From a virus (taxonomy: Duplodnaviria; Caudoviricetes): a DNA stretch of 30,516 bases. The notes under the pieces were generated by a model. That model was not told the origin of the DNA. It saw only the letters and a program-made list of their open reading frames with translations, and ran no database searches. The stretch lies in IMG/VR virus record IMGVR_UViG_3300044259_000054, positions 1-30,516 of that record; one strand, written 5' to 3'. The translations under genes were made by a program, and so were the position numbers. Positions within the stretch are counted from its first letter, which is position 1, and every line of letters starts with the position of its first letter. Shown piece by piece: positions 1-7,457 of this stretch.

Positions 1-129
1 GCTGATATCGCCAAGACCTACGGGGCGAGCGTCCAGATCGTCGAACTCGCCCGCTCCCACGCCGACGAGATGCAGGCCTACCAACAGCGCCGGGGCTTCA
101 AGACGCCCGATCTTCCTAACGAAGCCTGA
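1..129 (+). CDS. 3' end of a hypothetical phage protein (truncated by window edge)
   Basis: Frame 1 is open from base 1 (ADIAKTYGASVQIVELARSHADEMQAYQQRRGFKTPDLPNEA) to TGA at 127-129, with GC3-rich codons. Confidence 0.6.
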   Translation, partial: ADIAKTYGASVQIVELARSHADEMQAYQQRRGFKTPDLPNEA

Positions 130-153
130 TATCACTTTCCCGCAAAGTCCAGC

Positions 154-501
154 ATGACCAAGGTTACCCTCGCCCAGTGTGAAGCCGCCCTGATCAAGCA
201 TGGTGGTATCATCAACCGTGCAGCGATCGAGCTTGGCATCGACCGAACGACCCTCGCGACGAGGATCGAGAACAATCCCCGTCTTCAGCGTGCAAAAGCC
301 CAGTGCGAAGAGGTGCTCAAGGACAAGTCCGAGGGCAACATCGCTGACCACATCGAGAAGGGCGATAAGCAGACCTCTCAGTGGTATCTCATGCAGAAGG
401 CCAAGGACCGGGGCTATGGCAATCCGGCGCTTGATGATGGGCAGATCGCCGCCATCCTGGGCCGCATGGGCGCGGGCGATATCAAGAAACTCGCCGAGTA
501 A
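154..501 (+). CDS. terS: Probable terminase small subunit (N-terminal HTH)
   Basis: Fis-like HTH (AALIKHGGIINRAAIELGIDRTTL), helical middle, AKDRGY motif; directly upstream of terL. Confidence 0.7.
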   Translation: MTKVTLAQCEAALIKHGGIINRAAIELGIDRTTLATRIENNPRLQRAKAQCEEVLKDKSEGNIADHIEKGDKQTSQWYLMQKAKDRGYGNPALDDGQIAAILGRMGAGDIKKLAE

Positions 502-507
502 GCCCGC

Positions 508-2256
508 ATGGCCGCGCGCCTAGACCTCTCGATGTTCAACGCCGCGACGCGGAACAAGCTCAAGAAGGCCGCGCGGGAGTGGGTTGCTCGCGAAGAGATA
601 GAGCGGGACCGCGCCGCCGCCGAGCGTGAGGCCAAGGCCCACCTGGCGCTCGTGCCCGATCCGACCGAAGAAGCCAAGAAGCTTTGGCAAGCCGAGGAGA
701 TGGCGCGGTGCGCCGCCGACCCGGTCCACTGGTTCAACACCTGGGTCTGGACCTACAACCCCAAGATCGTCGGGCGCCGCGATCCCGAGACCGGCGAGAA
801 GCTCTCCCCCTTCCTTCGCTTCAAGCTCTGGCCCAAGCAGGTCGAGTTCATCCACTGGATATCAGCCCGGATGGATGCCGAGGAGCAGGGCCTATGCGAG
901 AAGAGCCGCGACGCCGGGGTGTCGTACCTCTGCGTCGGCTTCGCCCTGCATCAATGGCTCTACAACCCCGGTTTCAGCGCCACCTTCGGGTCTCGCAAGG
1001 TCGATTACGTCGACAAGAAGAACAACCCCAATAGCCTGTTCCACAAGATGCGGATCATGCTGGACCGGCTTCCCGAGTGGATGCTCCCAGAGGGCTTCGA
1101 CCGCCGGAAGCACGACACGAAGTTGATGCTCTTCAACCCCGCGAACGAAGCCGTGATCACCGGCGAGGGCGGGGAGAACATGGGCCGCGGTGGGCGCTCG
1201 ACCCTGTACGTGCTCGACGAGGCGGCGCACGTCGACAATGCCGACGCCATCGAGGCGGCGCTCACGGGGAACACCGACTGCATCATCTGGGTCTCGTCCG
1301 TGAACGGGACCGGGAACCTCTTCTACAAGAAGCGCCACGGCGGCGGCGAAGACCAGGGCCTACGCCTGGACCAGATATTCCGCTTCCACTACACCGACGA
1401 TCCCCGGAAGACGCCCGAGTGGGTCAAGGCCAAGAAGCGCCAGACAACCGCCGTCGCGTGGGCGCAGGAATACGAGATCGACTATTCGGCCTCGCTCGAG
1501 GGCGTCTGCATCAAGGCGAAGCACGTCCGCGCCGCTCAAGAGCTCTACCGGATGGTCAAGGCCGGCAAGCTGGCCTTCGAGATCCCCCAGGCCACGGCCA
1601 CGGGCCTCGACGTCGGCGCCGGGGGGAAGGGCCGCTCGATCGCCGTCACGCGCGCCGGGCCCTGGGTCTACCCGCCCAAGAGCCGCCGCGAGGCCGATAC
1701 TACCGGAACGGCGATTTGGGGCTACGACTGCGCCCAGGCGCTGGGCTCGCCCCTGATCAACTACGACGCGCCAGGCGTCGGCGCCGGCGTGAAGTCCACG
1801 TTCAAGCACGTCAAGCGCGAGGGCGTGAAGGTCGCGGCGATCAACACCGGGTCCGACCCCTTCGTCGTGACGGGCAAGTGGGACGACGGCCGGCGCTCCG
1901 AGGAGCAGTTCGTCAACCTCAAGGCCGAAATCTGGTGGATGGCCCGCACCCGCTTCGAGAAGGCCTATCAGCTCTGGCTCTACCTGACCGGCGAAGAGGA
2001 CGACGAGGGCGTAGAGGGCCGGAACTGGCCTATCCAAGAGGTCGTCATGCTCCCCTCGGGCGACCCCGATAGCGACATGCTGGCCGTCCAACTCTCAATG
2101 GTGAAGGTCAACATCAAGGAAGACGGCCGGGCCATCATGGAGAAGAAGACCGAGCTCGCGAAGCGCGGCGTCTCCTCGCCTGACTATGCCGACGCATATT
2201 GCCTCAGTCTCGTGATCCGCCGCACGGCCTACGATCCACAAAAGCTTGCTGCGTGA
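508..2256 (+). CDS. terL: Terminase large subunit
   Basis: LWPKQ adenine-binding motif, Walker A-like EKSRDAGVS, Walker B YVLDEAA, WAQEY, RNase H-like GLDVG and C-terminal SPDYADA. Confidence 0.95.
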   Translation: MAARLDLSMFNAATRNKLKKAAREWVAREEIERDRAAAEREAKAHLALVPDPTEEAKKLWQAEEMARCAADPVHWFNTWVWTYNPKIVGRRDPETGEKLSPFLRFKLWPKQVEFIHWISARMDAEEQGLCEKSRDAGVSYLCVGFALHQWLYNPGFSATFGSRKVDYVDKKNNPNSLFHKMRIMLDRLPEWMLPEGFDRRKHDTKLMLFNPANEAVITGEGGENMGRGGRSTLYVLDEAAHVDNADAIEAALTGNTDCIIWVSSVNGTGNLFYKKRHGGGEDQGLRLDQIFRFHYTDDPRKTPEWVKAKKRQTTAVAWAQEYEIDYSASLEGVCIKAKHVRAAQELYRMVKAGKLAFEIPQATATGLDVGAGGKGRSIAVTRAGPWVYPPKSRREADTTGTAIWGYDCAQALGSPLINYDAPGVGAGVKSTFKHVKREGVKVAAINTGSDPFVVTGKWDDGRRSEEQFVNLKAEIWWMARTRFEKAYQLWLYLTGEEDDEGVEGRNWPIQEVVMLPSGDPDSDMLAVQLSMVKVNIKEDGRAIMEKKTELAKRGVSSPDYADAYCLSLVIRRTAYDPQKLAA

Positions 2257-2304
2257 TATCAAAATAGTTGTTGCACATCCCGTGCGACTGACTTATTGAT
2301 ATCA
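2254..2304 (+). promoter_or_regulatory. Putative promoter bracketed by two TGATATCA palindromes
   Basis: TGATATCA at 2254-2261 and 2297-2304; TTGCAC (2271-2276) and TATTGA (2294-2299) with a 17-nt spacer; AT-rich. Confidence 0.55.
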
Positions 2305-2341
2305 CAACGAAGCGGGTTGCCAGCCGCGAGAGGAGATCGAG

Positions 2342-2509
2342 ATGACCAATCAAGCCCTTATCGAAGCGATCTACGAGCACCGCGATTTGGTAGAAGAGAT
2401 CAACGCTCACAACGTTGCCGTGACGATCGCGCGCCGCCGTGGCGAGCAGGCTAGGCCTTACCGCTCGGCAATTCGCGAAGTTTCTGATCTCACAGGCATT
2501 GAGGCCTAA
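2342..2509 (+). CDS. Small hypothetical protein (55 aa, MTNQALIEAIYEHRDL...), below ORF-track cutoff
   Basis: AGGAG RBS, ATG 2342, TAA 2507-2509; first gene after the putative promoter. Confidence 0.7.
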   Translation: MTNQALIEAIYEHRDLVEEINAHNVAVTIARRRGEQARPYRSAIREVSDLTGIEA

Positions 2510-2530
2510 ACCAGGCTGGATTTCCGGTTT

Positions 2531-2556
2531 CCCAGCGCACCCCCGGCGCTGGGTTT
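2531..2556 (+). terminator. GC-rich hairpin with a short U tract (weak terminator or attenuator)
   Basis: CCCAGCGC-7 nt loop-GCGCTGGG followed by TTT. Confidence 0.35.
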
Positions 2557-2597
2557 CCCGAAGACCAACCAACCCGGCTTCGGCCGTAGGGAGAGAG

Positions 2598-3071
2598 ATG
2601 ATGCGAGAAGGCTACGTCATCTGCGGCGAGTGCAAAGGCACCGGCAGTACCGAGCCGGATTGCGGGATCTGCAAGGGCTATCGGTCCATAAAGCTTCACG
2701 CCGCCTATGCCCACGGCTACCGCAAAGCAGACCTGGAAATCGACTATTCCGATGGCTTCTGTGAGTGTCCAGCGTGCGACGCCGACATGTGCGAGATGTG
2801 CGAAGGCGGCGGCGAACTCCAGGCCATAGAGCAGGAGCAGCAACTTCGCCGCGTCCTGATCTACGCTAAGGAAGATCGCTTGGCGCCGCTGATCTGCTTG
2901 GACTGGCGAGGCCGCATTCATTTTGGCAACAAGCTTCTGAGCCTAGAGGCGGCACGCGAGGTCAAGCGCCAGGGCCTCATCACGTGGTGGTGCTCCGTCT
3001 TTGGCGATGAACTTCGCCTGACACCGGCCGGAGAACGCGCTTACGCGAACCTCTACCGAACCGACGCCTAA
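2598..3071 (+). CDS. DnaJ-type cysteine-rich zinc-finger protein
   Basis: GGGAG RBS before ATG 2598; CGECKGTG, CGICKG, CPAC and CEMCEGGG repeats. Confidence 0.65.
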   Translation: MMREGYVICGECKGTGSTEPDCGICKGYRSIKLHAAYAHGYRKADLEIDYSDGFCECPACDADMCEMCEGGGELQAIEQEQQLRRVLIYAKEDRLAPLICLDWRGRIHFGNKLLSLEAAREVKRQGLITWWCSVFGDELRLTPAGERAYANLYRTDA

Positions 3072-3113
3072 CCCCGAACACCAACCCCCAAGGCTAAGCG
3101 AGGAGAGATAGAG

Positions 3114-3350
3114 ATGGGATTTTATCGCGCTATGGTCGATATCTGCTGCGACCAATGCGGACTTGAGACCGAGCCCGCCGAACTTGATTGGACGCCAGAA
3201 AAGGGCGGCGGCTACAGCCTGGAAAGCGCTCGCGGGAGCCTTATCGACGGTGGCTGGTCGGTGGACGCGAACGACCGGATTTTGTGTTCGGATTGCGCCG
3301 CTGCTGAAGGCGAGGAAGACGCGGAAGACGACACGAGCGATCCCGCCTGA
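3114..3350 (+). CDS. Small acidic zinc-binding hypothetical protein
   Basis: AGGAG RBS; CDQC...CSDC pairs; acidic tail. Confidence 0.65.
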   Translation: MGFYRAMVDICCDQCGLETEPAELDWTPEKGGGYSLESARGSLIDGGWSVDANDRILCSDCAAAEGEEDAEDDTSDPA

Positions 3351-3379
3351 CCACCCCACGCACTTAGGAAAGGGACGAG

Positions 3380-3655
3380 ATGGACCTGTTATTCCCAAAA
3401 CACGAGGCGTCACTTCACCTGACGCACAACGACCACAAGGGCTATTATCTCACCGTGCGGGACGCCATCGAAGCTGGGGATCACGGCTACCACTACGACG
3501 ACTGGGTCAGCGATGAGCAGCGCCAGAAGGCAATCGACACAAACGAGTGCTGGACCCTTCAATGGTACCCAAACACACCGGTCGGGTTTTGCCTAATGTC
3601 CGCTGCCGATCTGAGCGCACTCCTAATCGCAGCTAACGGTCTGGAGCAGTCCTAG
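3380..3655 (+). CDS. Hypothetical phage protein
   Basis: RBS AAGGGA; WTLQWYPNTPVGF motif that I recognise from phage hypothetical proteins. Confidence 0.7.
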   Translation: MDLLFPKHEASLHLTHNDHKGYYLTVRDAIEAGDHGYHYDDWVSDEQRQKAIDTNECWTLQWYPNTPVGFCLMSAADLSALLIAANGLEQS

Positions 3656-3719
3656 CCCATGACCCGCCGCAACCCCCACCTAACCACGGTCTTCTTCCAC
3701 GACCCCAAGGAAGCGAGCG

Positions 3720-3950
3720 ATGTCTGACCTAGATAAGTTCCTGGCAATCTCCCGCCGCGCCGAAGCCGTTCAGGTATTCCCGCACGGCGGCGACTATCGG
3801 GTCGTTCTTGAAGTATCGCCGGAAGAGCTGGAGTGGATGGCTTACACGCCGATCCCCGCCGGCATCTCGTCGTTCCTGGCAATCCTGCGAGGCCAGCACA
3901 TCATCATCAACGTCAGCCGCGCGCCGAAACCTACCAGATCCGAGGAGTGA
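3720..3950 (+). CDS. Hypothetical protein
   Basis: AAGGA RBS; tiles between neighbouring genes. Confidence 0.5.
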   Translation: MSDLDKFLAISRRAEAVQVFPHGGDYRVVLEVSPEELEWMAYTPIPAGISSFLAILRGQHIIINVSRAPKPTRSEE

Positions 3951-3954
3951 CCCC

Positions 3955-4275
3955 GTGACCGAAGACGAAGCGAAAACCAAGTGGTGCCCGTTTGCGCGCC
4001 AGATGGTCAGCCTTGAGAAGGGCGGAATTCCTATGTCTGGCTTCTCTGCAAACAGGTTCAACGAAGACCGCGTCGCCACCTGCCTTGGGTCAGCCTGCAT
4101 GGCTTGGCGGTGGCATGGATATGAGGCGACCGTCTTTCGTCTGAACGCCAGGGGCGAGGACGCCTATCATTTCCCCGTAATTGACCCGGCGCCGTTCCTG
4201 GCGAAGCCTGCTGAATTCCGCGTCGAGCCCGCTCATCAGGGTGGCTATTGCGGCCTCTCTGGTGCGCTGCGGTGA
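3955..4275 (+). CDS. Cys-containing hypothetical phage protein
   Basis: GAGGAG RBS then GTG 3955; KWCPFAR...CLGSACMAWRW...GYCGL pattern. Confidence 0.7.
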   Translation: MTEDEAKTKWCPFARQMVSLEKGGIPMSGFSANRFNEDRVATCLGSACMAWRWHGYEATVFRLNARGEDAYHFPVIDPAPFLAKPAEFRVEPAHQGGYCGLSGALR

Positions 4276-4385
4276 GCACCGAGAAGGCCCTGAAGCCGCT
4301 TGCCCGCATGTCGCTATCCGTGGCCCTGCTCCACCTCATGCACGCGAAGATCATTACCGACAGGCGGATGAAGCCGCGAAAGTGA
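4272..4385 (+). CDS. Tiny hypothetical protein (37 aa)
   Basis: GTGA overlap with the upstream stop; in-frame TGA is the first 3 nt of TGATATCA at 4383. Confidence 0.35.
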   Translation: MSTEKALKPLARMSLSVALLHLMHAKIITDRRMKPRK

Positions 4386-4419
4386 TATCACTTGCTCCCG
4401 TGCGTAGTTCCTGATATCA
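4383..4419 (+). promoter_or_regulatory. Putative promoter bracketed by two TGATATCA palindromes
   Basis: TGATATCA at 4383-4390 and 4412-4419; TTGCTC at 4392; shares TCCCGTGCG with the 2254-2304 element. Confidence 0.55.
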
Positions 4420-4450
4420 AAATCAGAGAAACCCAAACCGGAGCCCACCC

Positions 4451-5155
4451 ATGCGCTACGAAGCCGAAGACGACCAATTCCACTTCACTGACCGCCAACC
4501 CGAGACTGCCCATCAAGACGCCCTCGTGGCCCTGATCGGCCAATCCAACGCCCTCGGCTGGACGAACAACGGCCCCGCGCCCTACGTCCCCACGGCCCAG
4601 GTCATGATCTTGGTCGGCGACCACTTCGAGGTCATGCAGCCCGGCGTCAACACCGGCACGAAGGCCGATCCGAAGATGTGGGGGCCGGAAGTCGGCCTCG
4701 CGCTCGAATGGACGCAGAACACCACCGCGACGCTCTACATCGTGAAGGTCGGCGCCGGCGAGACCGGCTTGGCGCTCAATCCCGATCGCCTCGACTGGTC
4801 GCCCGACAGCACCGGCGAGATGTTCGACCGCGCCCAGGCGGCGGTGACGATCGGCCAGAACCTCACCGGCCTGACGCTGTCCGCGACCTTCATGCAGCAG
4901 GGCGAGACCGACGCCTACGGGCAAGGCACGGCCGAGGCCTACGCGGACAACCTCGCCGGCTTCGCCCAGGCCTGGGGCTCGGATCTGACCATCGGCGTCA
5001 TCAACGACGACCTTCCCTTCTCCGCCGCCGTCATCGCCGCCCAGGACGACTACGAGCACGTCGTGGTTTCGCACACCACGACCGACGGCATTCACTTTGA
5101 CGCCGCAACTCAGCTTGCCCTCGGCCACGGCTTCGGCTGGACGCTGTTCGACTGA
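4451..5155 (+). CDS. SGNH hydrolase, SASA/sialate O-acetylesterase-like (DUF303)
   Basis: Block I IGQSNALG (catalytic Ser), QQGETDA, C-terminal DGIHF (DxxH); GGAG RBS; strong GC3 bias. Confidence 0.85.
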   Translation: MRYEAEDDQFHFTDRQPETAHQDALVALIGQSNALGWTNNGPAPYVPTAQVMILVGDHFEVMQPGVNTGTKADPKMWGPEVGLALEWTQNTTATLYIVKVGAGETGLALNPDRLDWSPDSTGEMFDRAQAAVTIGQNLTGLTLSATFMQQGETDAYGQGTAEAYADNLAGFAQAWGSDLTIGVINDDLPFSAAVIAAQDDYEHVVVSHTTTDGIHFDAATQLALGHGFGWTLFD

Positions 5156-5196
5156 TATCACCTTGCGCGCCGGTCGCGCCGGGTATAGTGATATCA
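5153..5196 (+). promoter_or_regulatory. Putative promoter bracketed by two TGATATCA palindromes
   Basis: TGATATCA at 5153-5160 and 5189-5196; TTGCGC (5163) and TATAGT (5184) lie between them. Confidence 0.55.
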
Positions 5197-5221
5197 AGCC
5201 AGTTCAAGAGGAGATCACCCA

Positions 5222-5386
5222 ATGGTCGACCCATTGCTATCCGATCGCTCGTTCCGCCCCGGCCTATGGGCCGCGTTCTGGATCGTGCTCGCCGTCGCGA
5301 TCGTCGCCTTGGCGGTGTCGTTCTCAAGCGCCCGTCGCCTGCCGATCTATATCGAGCCCCCGCCGGCCGAAGAGGTGATCCGCTGA
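5222..5386 (+). CDS. Small single-pass membrane protein (54 aa), not in ORF track
   Basis: GAGGAG RBS; MVDPLLSDRSFRPGLWAAFWIVLAVAIVALAVSFSS...; TGATG overlap with the next gene. Confidence 0.65.
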   Translation: MVDPLLSDRSFRPGLWAAFWIVLAVAIVALAVSFSSARRLPIYIEPPPAEEVIR

Positions 5387-5679
5387 TGGCCGCGCCCGAG
5401 ATCATCCCCGGACCCGAGGCCCGGATGACTGTCCTCCAGACCGAGGCCGGCTGGACGTGCCACGTCTGGGCCCGATCGGTCGGCGCGTTCATCGTCGAGA
5501 TGAGCGGCACCCTTGGACCCGAGGCCAGCCGCGGCGCAGCCCTGGTCCGCGCCACATCGTGGATGCGCGCGGTGTTCGGCGCCGACCTTCACCCCAAGCA
5601 AGATGCCTGGTTGCGCTCGATCGCCCAGGCCCAAGCCCCGGCTCAAGCCCAGGGCGACCTATTCGGAGCAGCCGCATGA
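5386..5679 (+). CDS. Hypothetical protein with C-terminal QGDLF motif
   Basis: GAGGT RBS, ATG 5386 coupled to the upstream stop; ATGA overlap downstream. Confidence 0.6.
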   Translation: MAAPEIIPGPEARMTVLQTEAGWTCHVWARSVGAFIVEMSGTLGPEASRGAALVRATSWMRAVFGADLHPKQDAWLRSIAQAQAPAQAQGDLFGAAA

Positions 5680-6125
5680 CCATGACCAAAACAGACGCCG
5701 AGCTTCTCGCCATCGTAGAGGGCGCTACAGCGCACAAACAAGAGCTGGAAATAGCGCGAGCCAAGAGCCTGACTGATGAAGCGCGGGCCAGGATCACGGC
5801 GGGAGCCACGGCGCTCAACGTTGGCTACTTGAAATACCCTGGAGGCAAGGAGTCGCATAGAAGCGCGATCGACGGCATGGCCATTGGAACTGGCACCGCC
5901 CTACTTGCCTACGAAGCCGCTCTCAAAGCCGCCGAGGCCCGCGCTGTAGAAGCGGAAGCGGAGGTCGAAAGGCTGCGGAGGGTGTCAGAAGGCAATCTAT
6001 GGCATCGGCTGTGGAACGGGCTTGGTAACGAAATCTCCCTGGCGCGCGGATTGTCTCAATTGGGCGAGACTCGGTTCCGCGAAATCCTGCGATCCGCCAT
6101 CTCTTCGACGGAGGCGCAATCGTGA
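5676..6125 (+). CDS. Hypothetical coiled-coil phage protein
   Basis: GGAG RBS, ATGA overlap; AEARAVEAEAEVERLR coiled coil. Confidence 0.6.
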   Translation: MTMTKTDAELLAIVEGATAHKQELEIARAKSLTDEARARITAGATALNVGYLKYPGGKESHRSAIDGMAIGTGTALLAYEAALKAAEARAVEAEAEVERLRRVSEGNLWHRLWNGLGNEISLARGLSQLGETRFREILRSAISSTEAQS

Positions 6126-6394
6126 GCCGCTGGATCAAACACGATGGAACGGACGCCATTCCCAAGGGCATTGACCCTGATAGCGTCCTAGAACTCGATT
6201 TCGGCTGGATTGGATGCACGCTTCCCGCTGGCGCCGTCGTCGGCTGGGACGAACTTCACCGATACCGCGACACCGGTGAACGTAGCGACTGGCGCCCAAA
6301 CAAGCCTTCGCCGCGCGAGGTCATCGAGGTGAATTTCGCGCGCGGGGAGGTTTCTGGCCGATCTGTCTCGCGCCTGTTCAAGGGCGAGAAATGA
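6122..6394 (+). CDS. Hypothetical phage protein
   Basis: GGAGG RBS, GTGA overlap; WIKHDG N-terminal motif. Confidence 0.6.
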   Translation: MSRWIKHDGTDAIPKGIDPDSVLELDFGWIGCTLPAGAVVGWDELHRYRDTGERSDWRPNKPSPREVIEVNFARGEVSGRSVSRLFKGEK

Positions 6395-6543
6395 CCCAGC
6401 GCCCCACCACGTCCGCGATTGGCTGGGCCCTCATCGCGCTTGTCGCCCTCATCACCCTGGCCGGCGTCTACGGCTCTTACAAGCTTGGTACCCGCTCTCA
6501 GCCTGACAGGGTTGTGGCGGCTGTTGGAGAGGAGATTAGGTAG
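6391..6543 (+). CDS. Small single-pass membrane protein (50 aa), not in ORF track
   Basis: ATGA overlap; MTQRPTTSAIGWALIALVALITLAGVYGSYK...; TAG abuts the MTase ATG. Confidence 0.6.
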   Translation: MTQRPTTSAIGWALIALVALITLAGVYGSYKLGTRSQPDRVVAAVGEEIR

Positions 6544-7317
6544 ATGCGGGTCGCCGGCATGTTCGATGGCATTGGCGCATTTGGGCTTGGCCTTGAGCGC
6601 GCCGGAATGACTGTCGTGTCGCACACCGAAAAAGATCCGGCCTGTCAACGTGTGCTCCGGAAGCATTGGCCGGAAGTCCCCATTCATTCGGACGTGACCA
6701 CTAGGAAGTGGTTACCAGGAGAAGCCGATGTCATCTGCGCCGGGTTTCCTTGCCAGGATGTTTCCCAAGCTGGACCGCGCACCGGATTGTCCGGCGCCCG
6801 TTCTGGACTGTTCTGGGAGGTTGTGCGCGCCGTTCGCGTGGTACGACCGCTCTACGTCATCCTGGAGAACGTGGCAGCTCTCCTGCGACGGGGAATGGGA
6901 ACTGTTCTCGGGGCCATGGCCGAGAGCGGGTATGACGCGGAGTGGGATTGCATACCAAAGAGCCACGTTGGCGCCCCGGACATACGGGACAGGGTATGGA
7001 TCATCGCCGAGCCACAGCATTCCGACGCCGACCGCCAGCGATCATATCAAGCGGCGTTGCACCAGCACGGAAGCTCTCAACTTCAAAACCAACAAGAGCG
7101 TTTCACTGGACCGATGGGTGCGCCGTTGGCCAAATCCCTCGCTCGGGTGGGACCAGCCGGGGGTCGAGGATGGAATTCCGAACCCGGTGTTTGTCGAGTG
7201 GTTGCACGATCTCCCGCTGACGTGGACCGAGTGAAGCAACTTGGGAATTCCGGGTGCCCGCGCATTACCGAAGCTTTGGGCCTTGCGATCTTAGAAACCA
7301 ATCGGAGGCCAACATGA
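6544..7317 (+). CDS. DNA (cytosine-5)-methyltransferase, catalytic (alpha) polypeptide
   Basis: Motif I FDGIG, motif IV GFPCQ, motif VI ENV, motif VIII RDRVW, motif X LGNS; no motif IX or TRD visible in this frame. Confidence 0.9.
   Translation: MRVAGMFDGIGAFGLGLERAGMTVVSHTEKDPACQRVLRKHWPEVPIHSDVTTRKWLPGEADVICAGFPCQDVSQAGPRTGLSGARSGLFWEVVRAVRVVRPLYVILENVAALLRRGMGTVLGAMAESGYDAEWDCIPKSHVGAPDIRDRVWIIAEPQHSDADRQRSYQAALHQHGSSQLQNQQERFTGPMGAPLAKSLARVGPAGGRGWNSEPGVCRVVARSPADVDRVKQLGNSGCPRITEALGLAILETNRRPT
6728..7234 (+). CDS. Nested +1-frame gene: probable methyltransferase beta polypeptide (TRD and motif IX)
   Basis: 168-codon ORF wholly inside the MTase gene, containing IPTPTASD and NPVFVEWLHDLPLTWT (motif IX-like); true start uncertain. 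Confidence 0.7.
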   Translation: MSSAPGFLARMFPKLDRAPDCPAPVLDCSGRLCAPFAWYDRSTSSWRTWQLSCDGEWELFSGPWPRAGMTRSGIAYQRATLAPRTYGTGYGSSPSHSIPTPTASDHIKRRCTSTEALNFKTNKSVSLDRWVRRWPNPSLGWDQPGVEDGIPNPVFVEWLHDLPLTWTE

Positions 7318-7457
7318 GCTGCCCAGACTGCAATGGCGGCCTTGAACCAGAGCGAGACGACGAAACAGGAGAGGTGATCGCCTTCGTTTGCGCAACTTGC
7401 CGAGGCGTCTGGTTTTTGCGCGACCTGCTGCTCTCCCCACAAGAGGACAACCAATGA
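7314..7457 (+). CDS. Small zinc-ribbon protein (47 aa)
   Basis: GGAGG RBS, ATGA overlap; CPDC...CATCRGVWF. Confidence 0.65.
   Translation: MSCPDCNGGLEPERDDETGEVIAFVCATCRGVWFLRDLLLSPQEDNQ

Noticed and set aside
1077-2072. 331-aa alternate-frame ORF inside terL
   Set aside because: Arg/Gly/Pro-rich off-frame artefact with no motif, unlike the nested MTase ORF
2575-2586. cUUCGg tetraloop hairpin before the 2598 RBS
   Set aside because: Only a 4-bp stem; insufficient to call a function
2439-2597. Upstream extension of the DnaJ-like zinc-finger ORF
   Set aside because: Overlaps the 2342-2509 gene and hairpins; the good RBS lies before ATG 2598
127-5196. TGATATCA repeats as a CRISPR array or integron attC sites
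   Set aside because: Only 8 bp with irregular spacing, no cas or integrase gene in the window, and no attC-type boxes
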